Counted from the stretch's first letter, positions 11,720-24,549 are shown. The stretch: DNA of 64,000 bases from Chiloscyllium plagiosum (GCF_004010195.1 NC_057711.1:80449846-80513845), one strand, 5' to 3'. The notes: generated by a model not told the origin, from the sequence alone. Made by a program: numbers and translations.

Positions 11720-13645
11720 TAGAGTTATAGAGTCATAGAGATGTATGCACAGAAACAGACCCTTTGGTCCAACTTGTCCATGCCAACCAGATATCCCAAC
11801 CCAATCTAGTCCCACCAGCCAGCACCTGGGCCATATCCCTCCATACCCTTCCTATTCATACACCCATCCAGATGCCTTTTAAATGTTGTAATTGTACCAG
11901 CCTCCACCACTTCCTCTGGCAGCCCATTCTATACACGCATTACCCTCTGTGTGAAAACGTCGTCTCTTAGGTCTCTTTTGTATCCTTCCCCTCTCACTCT
12001 AAACCTTTGCTCGCTAGTTCTGGACTCCCCCACCCCAGGGAAAACACATTGTCTATAAAACCTATCCATGTCCCTCATGATTTTATAAACCTCTATAAGG
12101 TCACCCCTCAGCCTTTGATTTTCCAGGGAAAACAGCACCAGCCTATTCAACCTCTCCCTAGCTTAAATCCTCCAACCCTAGCAACATCCTTATAAATCTT
12201 TTCTGCACCCTTTCAAGTTTCACAACATCCTCCTATAGGAAGGAGACCAGAATTTGCACACGATATTCCAAAAGTGACCTAACCAATGTCCCGTACAGTT
12301 GCAACAAGACCTCCCAACTCCTGTACTCAATACTCTGACCAATAAAGGAAAGCATACCAAACACCTTCTTCACTATCCTATCAACCTGAGACTCTATTTT
12401 CAAGGAACTATAAACCTGCACTCTAAGGTCTCTTTGTTCAGCAACATTCCCTCGGAACTTACCATTAAGTGTATAAGTCCTGTTAAGATGTGCTTTCCCA
12501 AAATGCAACACCTCACATTATCTAAATTAAACTCCATCTGCCACTCCTCTGCCCATTGGCTCATCTGATCAAGATCCTGTTGTAATCCAAGGTAACCTTC
12601 TTCGCTGTCCACTACACTTCCAATTTTAGAGTCATCTGCAAACTTACTAACTATACCTCTTATGCTTACATCCAAATCATTTATATAAATTACAAAAAGT
12701 ATTGGACCCAGCACTGATCTTTGTGGCACTCCACTGGTCACAGCCCTCCAGTCTGAAAAGCAACTCTCCACCACCACCCTCTGTCTTCTACCTTTGAGCC
12801 AGTTCTGTGTCCAAATGGCTAGTTTTCCCTGTACTCCATGAGATCTAATCTTGCTAACCAGTCTCCCATGAGGAACCTTGTTGAATGCCTTACTGAAGTC
12901 CATATAGATCACATCTACCGCTCTGCCCTCATCAATCCTCTTTGTTACTTCTTCAAAAAACTCAATCAAGTTAGTGAGACAATTTCTCATGCACAGAGTC
13001 ATGCTGACTATTCCTAATCAGTCCTTGCCTTTCCACATGCACTTACATCCTGTCCCTCAGGATTCCCTCCAACAGCTTGCCCACCACCATCAGGCTAACT
13101 GGTCTATCATTCCCTGGCTAGTCCTTATCACCTTTCTTAAATAGTGGCACATGTTAGCCAACCTCCAGTCTTCCAGCACCTCACTTGTGGCTATCAATGA
13201 TACAAATATCTCAGCAAGAGGCCCAGTAATAACTTCCCTACTTTCTCACAGAGTTCTAGGGTATGCCTGATCAGGTCCTCGGAATGTATCCACTTTTATG
13301 CATTTCAAGACATCCAGCACCCTCTTCTCTGTAATATGGACATTTTTCAAGTTGTCACTATTTATTTCCCTACATTCTATATCTTCCATGTCCTTCTCCA
13401 CAGTAAACACTGATGCAAAATACTCATTTAGTATCTCCCCCATTTCCTGCGGCTCCACAAATAGGTCATTTTGCTAATCTTTGAGGGGCCCTATTTTCTC
13501 CCTAGTTACTCTTTTGTCCTTAATGTATTTGTAAAAACCCTTTAATTTCTCTTTAGTCCTATTTGCCAAAGCTAGCTCATGTCCCCTTTCTGCCCTTCTG
13601 ATTCCCCTCTTAAGTATACTCCTACTGCCTTGATACTCTTCTCAG
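11720..13645 (-). mobile_element. CR1 LINE (RT + 3' UTR) inserted into the Zenon-like element
   Basis: ORF 12400..13002 with YMDFSKAF, GVPQRSVLGPILF and KFADD; tail AGAGTTATAGAGTCATAGAG at 11721. Confidence 0.95.
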
Positions 13646-13649
13646 GCTT

Positions 13650-14420
13650 CTTGAATCAAGGCTGTAATGAGGTCAGGAGCTGAGTGACCCTGGTGGATAG
13701 TAAAGTGGCCATCAGTGACCAAGTTATTCCTTAGCAAGTGTTGCTTGACAGCGTTGTTGATGATATTCACTTACTGATGATTGAGAATAGGCTATTGGGG
13801 CAGTAATTGGCTGGTTTGGATTTGTTCTGAATTTTGTGTACTGGACAGATTCAGATAATTTTCCACCTTGTTGGGCTGATGCCAGTATTGTAACTCTACT
13901 GGGCCAGCTTAGCTTAAACGTGGCTATTCTGGAGGACCTGTCTTCAGTACTACTGCTCGAATTTTGTTGGTGCCCAGAGTATTTTCAGTATCCAATGCTT
14001 TCAGCTGTTTCTTGATATCACGTGGACTGAATCAAATAGGCGGAAGTCTGGCATCTGTGATGTTGGGCACTCTTGGAGGAGGCCAAGATGGACGACTTCA
14101 GCACATCTGGCTGAAGATTGGTACAGGTACTCAGCCTTATCTTTTGCACTGACGTGCAGGACTCTCCCATCATTGGATGGGGGTATTTGTGGAGCCTCCT
14201 TCTCCAGGGAGTGTTTAATTGTCCACCATCATGCATGATGTGGCATGACTGCAGGTTTTAGATGTGATTCATTGGTTGCTGCCTTGCTAAATTCTGTTTA
14301 TCACTTGTTGCTTATGATATTTGGCACGTAGGCAGTCTTATACTGCAACTACACCAGAGTGGAGATCTCATTTTAAGGTATGTCTGATGGTATTTCTGGC
14401 TTGCCCTCCAGTAGTCTTCA
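13650..14420 (-). mobile_element. CR1-Zenon-like LINE, upstream continuation
   Basis: Minus strand KQDKSKPANYCPNSLFS-like and YWHQPNKVE-like RT-proximal segments; reads on from 11719 when the CR1 is removed. Confidence 0.7.
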
Positions 14421-14429
14421 TTGTTGTCT

Positions 14430-15410
14430 TCATTGAATTTTTAACTATGTCCCCAGTATTAGACACCTTCACAATGGGAAACAACCTCTTAGTATTCATT
14501 CTGTAAAGCCCCTCAGGATATCATATTAATAAGATCACCTCTATTTATATATTGGAAATTCACTCATTCCTCCTCCAATATAAATTGAGCCATCCTGTTC
14601 AAACTTGCCTCATAAGATAACTCCTTCATTTCAGGATGAAGGACTTATGCCTGAAAATGTCGATTCTCCTGCTCCTCTGATGCTGCCTGACCTGCTGTGC
14701 TTTTCCAGCACCACACTCTCAACCCTTCATTTCGGGTGTCAACCATGTAGACATTCTCTGAACTGGTTTTGATTCAATTGTTTCCTTCCTTAACTAAGTA
14801 CACCAAATTGTACATTGAACTCTAGATGTGGCCTTACTATAGTCCTGAAGAGCTGCAACAACACTTCTTAACTTATACTTACAATTAACGTCAACATTAT
14901 ATTTGTATCCCAATCACTTCTTGCATCTGCATATACATTTTTATGATTCATGTAGCAGGGCACCTATTTCTCTCTGCACCACAGAGTTCTTCAGTCTGTC
15001 TCTACTCAATTAACAAAATAGTTTTCAATTTTCTTGCTTAAGTGGACAAATTCACATTTTCCTACATAACATTCCATCCATCAAATTTTGCCAATTCACT
15101 TAATCTAAATCTCTCTGTGGACTACTTATGACCTCTTGGCAACTTACTTTCCTAATTATGTTTGTGCCATTCACAAATTTAACAATTGTACATGCACTTC
15201 CTTCATCAAAGTCAACGATTTAGATTATAAATAGTCTAGGTCTCAACATTGATCACTATGGCAAGCCACTAGTAACAGCTTGCAAACCTGAAAATGACCC
15301 AGTTATCCTTACTCACCACTTCCTTTAGTGGACCAATCTTCAATTTGTGATGATATATTGCCCATACACTATGCATTTACATTTTGTAGTAACCTCTGAT
15401 GTGACTTCCA
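14430..15410 (-). mobile_element. Old decayed CR1 RT/3' fragment
   Basis: Degenerate similarity to 12000-12900 (CAAACCTGAAAATGACCC, ATTCCATCCATCAAATTTTGCC, AGATCACCTCT). Confidence 0.65.
14635..14723 (+). mobile_element. Short Penelope-derived insertion starting inside a decayed hammerhead core
   Basis: GATGAAGGACTTATGCCTGAAAATGTCGATTCTCCTG...CACACTCTC; TSD CCTTCATTTCAG (14623) / CCTTCATTTCGG (14724). Confidence 0.8.
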
Positions 15411-16752
15411 TAACTGGACGTAAATGGTCTGACTTTGTAACCACAGTCAAGGTTTTCTCTTTGTGCAGCTTCAGTTCCTTCAGTTCCTCATAACATCCAT
15501 CACAAACTCAAGCAGGTCTATAGAAATGAGCCATTTATTTCAAAAGTAGTCAATGATTGTCTTCCTGAAGCTGAACTTATATTTAGCTGCACAAGGTTAA
15601 GAGAGGGCACTACCTGAAACAATGATAACATGTGCGAAAGATCTTCTGGTGCATTCTTCACATATACATTCCTCAGCACAGCTTATTGCTTTCACTGATG
15701 TGGTGACTGATCGTTGTCATAGAATGGGTCATTCTGGTTAAAATAAAATTATACCAAGAGCATTGAAACTACCGATACTAAAGAGCCAAATATTCTGGCC
15801 AGAGAATGTAAAAAGTGATGCTTATTAGTAAATTGTATTAAATTTCAGAAAGATTATTGTTGGAATACTGGCAGAACATAATGGAATCCTCAGGAATTTA
15901 GTGGTAGGAAGGGGAGACAGAGAATATGGAGGCAAAGTGTTTGGGGAAGAGCATTAGAGGTCCTATTGTCTCCCAAACCATACAATTATTGCAGGCAAGA
16001 TGAAGTACAGTCTTCCTGCATAGCAGCAAATTAAAGCTACTGAGCGCTCAATCAAGGGCTGTTTGAGAGCCTCTTCAGCAGGAGATGGCACTTTCTTTGT
16101 GGACTCGATCGTAAGCTATTCAGATTAGACCCCTTGTGGCAGGTGGAGCTGCAACCTTCAGAGAAACATTTCCTTCACTCCCACCCTTTCTGATCACCCA
16201 TATCCCCTCATTGCTTGACAAGGATTTGGTGCTGTGACTCTGCTAACCTGGGCCCCAGAGTAACCTTTATTGTTAATGCTCCTCTTGGGCAGGTTCACTC
16301 CCAGCAGGTGAACCTGAAGAGCTTCTAGTTCCCTGATCGCCCACCTAGTCTTGAGGTTGGATCTACACCCTTAGAGGCACAGGAGCCCCAGTGTCATGCA
16401 AATTGTTGCTTGAATGCAAATTAATGGGCTAGAAAATGCCAAAGCTGACTTATTCCCAGATTTCTAGCCTGCCATCAGACCTCTGTCTTAGTCATACGCT
16501 TTACATTTTATGAATATTCTTGAGACAGTAGTTACAGTTTATGTTCATCAGATCCTGCCTGTCTGAGGAATTGTAATTGTGAACAAAGTTGAAAAATTAA
16601 AGTTGATTTCATCAGAAGAGAGATAAAAGGTCTTGGTTTGATAGTGATATTTAAAATTATGAAAGTATATCGGGTTGTGTAGATAGAGACAAATTGTTTC
16701 CCAGTATGTGAGGGATTTAGGATGATGGATCACAGATACAACATTAAATGTA

Positions 16753-17859
16753 CAGAACAACCTTGGTTATTAGAATTTCAGATCTCAAGGTCCCGTTCGG
16801 GTACACTGTTTGCTCATTGACAGGACCAAATCTGACACCGCTAGCTGGCCTGGAGGTAACCCAGGCGGTGTGAAATCCTGGATTTGCTCCCTTGGGAAAT
16901 CGTTCAAACTAAGTCACAGCTCAGCCTGCACCCTGTCCGACAATCAAGCACCATCTGCAACCCTCCACACCTCAAGTAGCTGGCTTCAATAAGACCATAA
17001 GACCATAAAAGGTAAGGTTGAGGTAAGGCCATTCGGCCCATTGAGCCCACTCCACCATTCAATCATGGCTAATGGGCATTTCAACGCCACTTACCCGCAC
17101 TCTCTCCATATCCCTTAATTCCTTGCGAGATTAAGACTTTATCAATCTCTGCCTTGAAGACATTTTACGTCCCAGCCTCCAATGCACTCCATGGCAATGA
17201 ATTCCACAGGCCCACCACTCTCTGACTGAAGAAATGTCTCCGCATTTCTATTCTAAATTGACCCCCTCTAGTTCTAAGGCTGTGCCCATGAGTCCTAGTA
17301 TCCCCGCCTGACGGAAACAATTTCCCAGCATTCACCCTTTCTAAGCCATGCATTATCTTGTAAGTTTCTATTAGATCTCCCCTCAACCTTCTAAACTCTA
17401 ATGAATACAATCCCACGATCCTCAGCTGTTCACATGAAACCCCTGACACTGACCCATCATAGCCATATGGCAGAGAGAAGGCGAGAGGATGTCTGTGAGG
17501 AATCAGTGTGACAGGGGCCACACTGGCCTAATCAACAACCGCCCAGCCTGCCCACGGCTGTGCTGGGTTGGGGACCTCGGGAACAGTTTTTCCTTCCTGC
17601 CCTGCCTCGCAACGCAGCTTGCCCACAAGCCATCAACCACCAATCGACACCAGGCCCCCCCGACCGAGAGCCTGACCTTTAAACTGCCGCAGACAGCCCG
17701 CAAACGCACAGAGCCGTGGCAGGACTGTGCGAGAGATATGCTGAAAGGCATAGGTACCTTGTAGCAGGGGGCAAAGGGAGCATGATCAATTATCCAAACG
17801 ATCAGTTATCCAACAAAATACTCTCCACCCATGTCGTTCAGATAATGGAGGTTGCCCTG
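16753..17859. mobile_element. Non-autonomous pogo/Tigger-type element (MITE-like), TA-flanked
   Basis: TA|CAGAACAACCTTGGTTATTAGAA ... TTCAGATAATGGAGGTTGCCCTG|TA imperfect TIRs; GC-rich non-coding interior; contains a CR1 insertion. Confidence 0.7.
16990..17432 (-). mobile_element. Young CR1 subfamily 3' end with (TAAGACCA)n tail
   Basis: ORF 17165..17521 GLYSLEFRRLRGDLIETYKIM..FFSQRVVGLWNSLP; the tail matches 50790-50965. Confidence 0.92.
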
Positions 17860-18119
17860 TAAGCTGGAGAAATTAATTTGCATAGAGGCTTTCCGCAGTG
17901 CCGTCAGGTTAATAGTCAAGATTATTTCAAAATTTAAGAATTAGTTATTTAGGAGGTTTAAGGAAAGTGGAGATAAAGAGATTTGGGAATAAGGCAAGCA
18001 AGAAGATTAGGACCATGTTTGTATGGAGCATTTGCATCATCATGGACTAATTGTGGAACATGGCCTGTTGTTGTGTTATAATTTCAAATCCATCCAAAAC
18101 CTTGCAATTGTGTTTCATA

Positions 18120-18523
18120 GCTGTGGTTCTGTTCGCCGAGCTGGACGTTTTTGTTGCAAACGTTTCGTCCCCTGGCTAGGCGACATCATCGTGCTTGGGA
18201 GCCTCCTGCGAAGCGCTTCTTTGATGTTTCCTCCGGTGTTTATAGTGGTCTGTCCCTGCCGCTTCCGGTTGTCAGTTTCAGCTGTCCGCTGTAGTGGTTG
18301 GTATATTGGGTCCAGGACGATGTGTTTGTTGATGGAGTTTGTGGATGAATGCCATGCCTCTAGGAATTCCCTGGCTGTTCTCTGTCTGGCTTGCCCTATG
18401 ATAGTAGTGTTGTCCCAGTCGAATTCATGTTGCCTGTCCTATATAGTGTTTAGTGCAGTCCTTGCATAGGATTTTGTACACTACATTAGTTTTGCACATG
18501 TTGGGTATTGGGTCCTTCGTTCT
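18120..18523 (-). mobile_element. Penelope-like element 3' part: GIY-YIG endonuclease with internal deletion, 3' UTR and hammerhead-like motif; runs into an N gap
   Basis: Minus strand RTKDPIPNMCKTNVVYKILCKDCTKHYIG joined to RQHEFDWDNTTIIGQARQRTAREFLEAWHSSTNSINKHIVLDPIY. Confidence 0.88.
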
Positions 18524-19040
18524 NNNNNNNNNNNNNNNNNNNNNNNNNNNNNNNNNNNNNNNNNNNNNNNNNNNNNNNNNNNNNNNNNNNNNNNNNNNNN
18601 NNNNNNNNNNNNNNNNNNNNNNNNNNNNNNNNNNNNNNNNNNNNNNNNNNNNNNNNNNNNNNNNNNNNNNNNNNNNNNNNNNNNNNNNNNNNNNNNNNNN
18701 NNNNNNNNNNNNNNNNNNNNNNNNNNNNNNNNNNNNNNNNNNNNNNNNNNNNNNNNNNNNNNNNNNNNNNNNNNNNNNNNNNNNNNNNNNNNNNNNNNNN
18801 NNNNNNNNNNNNNNNNNNNNNNNNNNNNNNNNNNNNNNNNNNNNNNNNNNNNNNNNNNNNNNNNNNNNNNNNNNNNNNNNNNNNNNNNNNNNNNNNNNNN
18901 NNNNNNNNNNNNNNNNNNNNNNNNNNNNNNNNNNNNNNNNNNNNNNNNNNNNNNNNNNNNNNNNNNNNNNNNNNNNNNNNNNNNNNNNNNNNNNNNNNNN
19001 NNNNNNNNNNNNNNNNNNNNNNNNNNNNNNNNNNNNNNNN
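18524..19040. other. Assembly gap (517 N)
   Basis: Run of N. Confidence 1.
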
Positions 19041-19345
19041 TTAATATCCCCACACTCTGTAAGCCTCTGAGATATCGAAACTCATCTGATTCTGATCTCT
19101 GAATTGAATCGCACCAACATTGATTGATTTACTTCCAGTTGCCTCAATCCTCAGCTTTGGAATTCCTTTCCAATTTCTCTGGCTTTCTATCTTACTTTGC
19201 TCTTTTATTCTTTAAAACTCCCCTTCATCTGACCTAATATCTCCTTTTGTGGCTTTAGTCATGTTGTGACTTTTATAATGCTTCAATGTGGTGCATTGAA
19301 TTGGGACATTTCATAATTTAAAGGTGGTATATAAATATAGGTTTC
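19041..19345 (+). mobile_element. Decayed L2-like LINE 3' end
   Basis: Ends TTGGGACATTTCATAATTTAAAGGTGGTATATAAATATAGG, an L2-type stem-loop/tail; collinear with 20560-20880. Confidence 0.5.
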
Positions 19346-19418
19346 TGTTCTTGCCCCAAAAGAATTTAGAGCATATGGCATACCTTTGAAATGGTCACTG
19401 GGTGGATTGTTTTGGATG

Positions 19419-19514
19419 AGGTAAAAACAATGACTGCAGATGCTGGAAACCAGATTCTGGATTAGTGGTGCTGGAAGAGCACAGCAGTTCAGATGCTGCT
19501 CCTTGGATGCTGCC
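19419..19514 (-). mobile_element. Short Penelope-derived 3'-end insertion with small inversion and 16 bp TSD
   Basis: TGGATTGTTTTGGATG at 19403-19418 and 19515-19530; the body matches 46570-46608; the last ~20 bp are in the opposite orientation. Confidence 0.8.
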
Positions 19515-20431
19515 TGGATTGTTTTGGATGCCATGGGCCCTTCTCCCTCCACATTCTATCAGGTAAATGATTGGGCTGGAAGAGCCTGTTCAGCTTCCCT
19601 GATGCTAGTTGACAGTCAATGGTAGGGTCTTTGCTCCCCCTCAGGTATAGCATGTCCCACCTTAGAGTGTTGGCAACCACAGTATTGGCAATGCCAAGAG
19701 GTGTTGTGGCCACAGACCAATACTTAGGGTTTAAGGATGCAATCAGCACTGGATCAGTACTTGACATGTATTTAGGGCTCATTGCTAGCAGGCCCCAACC
19801 AGGTAAGAAGGAGTACCAAGGATTTTGAGGCCATGACAGGAGGCAAACCTGGGGAGTGACCCTCAGTGGGGGATACCTTCAGATGAGTCCAGGCTATCAC
19901 TTTAGGACTGCCACCAGGTCCTACTCTTCTTATATTTCAGTGGTGCTGGATTCATTCCCTTAATGAATTGCCCATTTAGAGGCTTTTTCCAACTCATAAG
20001 ACTAAAAGACAGCAGGAGTAGAAGTAGGCCATTTGACACATCGAGACAGCTCTGCAAATCAATGATCCTCAACTCCACTTTCCGGCATTTTCCCATAACC
20101 CTAACTGATTAAAAATCTGACTATCTCTGTCTTGATTAAACTGAATGACCCAGTCTCCACATCACTCTGCAGTAAAGAATTTCAAAGATTTGCAATCCTC
20201 TGTGTGACCCCTTACTCTAAGATTATGCCCGCTGGTCCAAGACTCTCCCTTAAAGTGAAACAACCTTTCCATCACCTGGCCTTTCAAGTCCCCTAAAGAT
20301 CTTGTAAACCACAGCCACATTTGCAGTGGACAGGGGCAGGCAGATAGACAATGAGTAGGTTGCCACTGCATTTTGTATCACTCCCTGATTGCCTTCAAAT
20401 GCTTGCTGGTATAGAGCATAAAATCCGGCCC

Positions 20432-20890
20432 ACTGTTCCAAAGTTGCATATTGCTCATATTTTAACCTTTGCTGATCTATATTACTACTCAGTTCAAATT
20501 TAAATTCCTCATCCTCTTGTTCAAAGACCATAATAGCCTCACCCTCCTGATCTCTATAACCACCTTTAACTCTCCAAAAACCTGAGAACACTGCAAATAT
20601 TCAGGTCTGGCTTCCTCTGTTCACTTCCCGTCAATAAGAGTAGACATATCTTCAGCTATATAAGACCTAAGCCCTTGACTTCACTTCTTAAATACCACCT
20701 CTCCACTTCTTTTTTCATCATCAAAGATTCGTCCTAATAACTCCACTTTAACAAGCATTTTGGTGAATCTGCTGACATCACCTGCTTTGGCTAGTGATCC
20801 ATGATGTCTGTTTCTGCTTCTGTGAAGTACTTTAGCATATTATTCTACTTTAAAGACATTAAATTCATTTAGTGTCGGTTTGTAATTATT
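20432..20890 (+). mobile_element. Decayed L2-like LINE 3' region
   Basis: FADLY..FKFLIL.FK..NSLTL remnant (cf. LADLHWLP..FKILILVFKSLHGL); tail TCTGTGAAGTACTTTAGCAT..CTACTTTAAAGAC. Confidence 0.6.
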
Positions 20891-22660
20891 GTAGCTGTTG
20901 TTCTTGACCTGAAAGAGATTGTGGCTGTGAGAAAGGTTTTGATAATTGTTCATGTTTTCAGAAGGATTACTGTTTAAGATGCTAATACCAAGCAACAATG
21001 TTACAATTTTTTGATGCACTTTTTGCACTTTCAATGACTAATTTTCAGCAAAATGAGAAATTTGAAATGTTTAATGTGAGAATATAGGTATTTGTAAAAG
21101 AGATGGGCATTACTAAAGTCTTTTTTTTCAATGAATTGCTGTAATGTATTCTGGTGTTGCATAAACAATTATTTTTCAATCATATTTTTGGAATGAAGGA
21201 ACTATTAATCAGAAGTCAGAGTACAACTATGACAATTAGTTGTGTGATACCCAAACATGAAGCCTCTAATTCATATCACTGAGTTACTTTCAGTGTGAAC
21301 TCAGATGCAGAGAATAGAATCTTTAAATCATCACCGTAACCCTGAACACTTTTTCCCTTCAAGGATCTACTCAATTTATTTTGAAAATTATTATTTAATC
21401 TGCTTCTGCTATACTTTCAAGTAGTGAATTACAACTCTTAATAATTCACTGTTTAGAAAAGTCACCCACCTCTCCTGCTTTTGCCAATTATTTTAATTTG
21501 CATCCTGTAATTACTGGTCCTGCAACTGCTGTAAATGTCTCCTTAATTAGGCCATTAAAGCAATTAATGATTTTGCGCAACTCTATTCAAAACAATTTCT
21601 TTTTCATGAAATCATGTTGACTCTGTTTAATTGAATTATGATTTGCTAAGTATCTTACTGCTACTTCCTTAATGATGAATTGATTTCACAATGATTATTG
21701 TTAGGTCAGTGGCACTGCCCTGCACGATGATCTGAGCCCAGGCTGGATAGGTCTCATGAGATGGCCTCCTGTTGCAGTCATCCAGGAAAGGGATGTCTCT
21801 TCTGTTAGTGATCTAACCCAGCAGTGTCTGTACAGCAGCATTAGTAGAATAAGGAGCCATCTTGGACTTTTTGGAGTCATCTCTGGGGTTCTAGGAGCAG
21901 CCACTACAGGCTGTGGAGAAGTTCCTGGCTTGCAGCAAGTGAGGTATTGTCCAATTGGCCCTTAACACCAGCGTTTTTGACTCCAGAAGGTCCTGTCATT
22001 GATAAGAACATTTGACTTCTGCACTGTGTAATTCATCAAATAACGTATACAATGTTTCACTTGCATGGATAATGAACTGAGAAACACATGCTCATGTGAA
22101 ATGACTTGTCTCCAGGCCATGGAGGATGTGACAGGGTAGTTGTAGCAGGCAAACCCAGGGACAAGGACCAATCACCAGATGTCCCAGTGACTTCTTCTCA
22201 AGACACTGCAGAGATGGTTTTCTTCTCCACCTCCTCCCTTTGCCTGCAGTAGCACTAGCCAAGAATGAAAGCATTTGCTCCTATCCATAGCAGTGGGGAT
22301 CTTTGGGCCTAAAGCCCCTAGGGATCTCCTGGCAAATTCACACCAGACAGCAGACTTGACACCAGCTAAGGAAGTTAGGCCTGTTCCTAGACATGGAGGG
22401 AAGGGGAAGAAATGTAAAACCTTCTGAATGCACATCAGTGGCCTAGTGTACAATTGTACATTTTCTATAAATATATCTTCATATGCACTGCTCTAATGAC
22501 TGTTGGAGTATCATTGCCCCAACAGAACATGAGAAGGTTCTCCAGACTGAGAGATATGGAGTATCTTTAATTAGCAAAGGGATGTGCTCCATTTCAATCA
22601 ACACTCCTTGGTTCCTCTCCCACAATCAGCAAGGTGGTGCCTGGCAATTGCTTCATCCAC

Positions 22661-22982
22661 CATAGAATTATAGAATCCAAACAAAGTGGAAGCAGCCCAT
22701 TCATCCCATTATGTCTCCACTAACATCCTGAAGAGCATCTCAACCAGACGCACCCTATTCTTGTAACCCTCTTTATCCCACGGCTAATCCACCAAGCCTG
22801 CACATCGCTGGACACTATGGGCAAATTAGCACAACCGATCCACCTAACCTACATATCTTTGATTGTGGGAGGAAACCGGAGCACACAGAGGAAACTCCAC
22901 ACAGACAGTTGCCTGAGGCTGGAATCGAACCTGGGTCCCTGATGCTGAGAGGCAGCAGTGCTAACCACTGAATCACCGTGCC
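22661..22982 (-). mobile_element. HE1-like V-SINE with internal deletion
   Basis: Head GGCACGGTGATTCAGTGGTTAGCACTGCTGCC..GGTTCGATTCC, partial V-domain, CR1-like tail. Confidence 0.88.
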
Positions 22983-23301
22983 TATAAATCAGGGAAACAC
23001 ATACCTATAAATTAGGGATTAGAATCAAGATGCTACAGATGAACTTTGAAGATGATGGGGCTAATGATAAGGTCTAAGGGAGGAGCTGGACCAAAGTTGT
23101 CCTTTAGGTAAACCACGTATATAAACCTTATGGGAGTGATGGCAGAATCTGTACTGTGTGTACAGGCTCCAATAGGGAAAGTCCTGACCCATTCCATGCT
23201 CCTCAAAGCCATGCTACAACACTTAAGGGGCTGGTGTGGAAAATAAACGAGTCACATATTATTATATCATCATTGCAGAGCCAGAGACAACAGATGATGA
23301 C

Positions 23302-23920
23302 TTAGAGCTGCAGAGATGTACAGTATGAAAACAAACCCTTCTGTCCAACTCGTCCATGTTGACAAGATATCCTAACCTAAAATAGTCCCACTTGTCAGCA
23401 TTTGGCCCATATCCCTCTAAACCCTACCTATTCAATACCCATTCGGATGCCTTTTAAATGTACCAGCCTCCACCACTTCCTCTGGCATCTCATTCATACA
23501 CACACCACCCTCTGCATGAAAACGTTGCCCCTTAGGTCCCTTTTATATCTTTCCCCTCTCACCCTAACCCTATGCCCTCCAATTCTGGGCTCCCCACCCC
23601 AGAGAATAGACCTTGTCTATTTATTCTATCCATGCCCCTCATGATTGAATAAAGCTCTACAAGGTCACCCCTCAGCCTCCCACCCTTCAAAGAAAACAGT
23701 CCCAGCCTATTCAACCTCTCCCTATAGCTCAATTCCTCCAACCCTGGCAACATCTTTGTAAATGCCCTTTGAATCCTTTCAAGTTTCACAACATCCTTCC
23801 AATAGGAAGGAGACCAGAACTGCAGACAATATTCCAAAAGTGGCCTAACCAATGTCCTGTATGGCTGCAACATGACCTCCCAACTCCTGTACTCAATACT
23901 CTGACCAATAAAGGAAAGCA
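23302..23920 (-). mobile_element. CR1 LINE 3' end
   Basis: ORF 23559..23873 YRTLVRPLLEYCLQFWSP..LERIQR..RLRGDL. Confidence 0.93.
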
Positions 23921-24549
23921 GAATTGAAAGTAGATAAGATATTGTAGGCTACTTGATATAATAGTGGCTCCTTATCATAATGGTTTCTGGAAATATGATA
24001 TACTAGCTATGGCAGCTCCCTGGCTGTCTAGTGCAAACCTGCAATATCTGGCTGATAAATTTAAGACTGAAATGCTACAGAAATCCCAGTAATTCCCCAA
24101 AGCAATCTACTTGCAAACCAATTAAGAGGATTGGAATGGGATAACTGCTCAGTCCTTATGAGAACATGTTACACTCAGCAGTTGGTATGGGTGTGACAAG
24201 GCAGCTTGGGACATCCAGAGCTATTTTGTATGCTAGTTCTTAGCTATTGGCAGGTAACTGCACCTAAGCCTGTACATCTTGTTCCACACAACAGGCCTCC
24301 TTTATTGTGGTGATTCTGATCCAATTGCTTCTCCCACTGTGCGGCTGTGTGGCAGCTGGTATCAGCTCTTGCTATTGTTGCTATAGCTGCAGATGCACTA
24401 CTCTCTTTTGTCTTCTGTAGTGATTCCTTTTCACTTGTGCAACAACAAGACAAAACTGCTGGACCAGATCTCTGCTTTGCTTATTCAATTTGTACCAGAT
24501 CTGTGAGAATAATTCAATAAGATTTAAGATAATTCTGCATGAGGGCAAA

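Larger units (their letters stand above)
16590..18080 (+). mobile_element. Very old CR1 3' end split by a MITE (pieces ~16590-16750 and ~17860-18080)
   Basis: IFKIMK..DRDKLFP-like remnant before the MITE; 3' UTR-like remnant (ATGGCCTGTT) after it. Confidence 0.5.

Noticed and set aside
18453..19070. Long ORFs of 178-205 aa across the first gap
   Set aside because: They are open only because of N runs.
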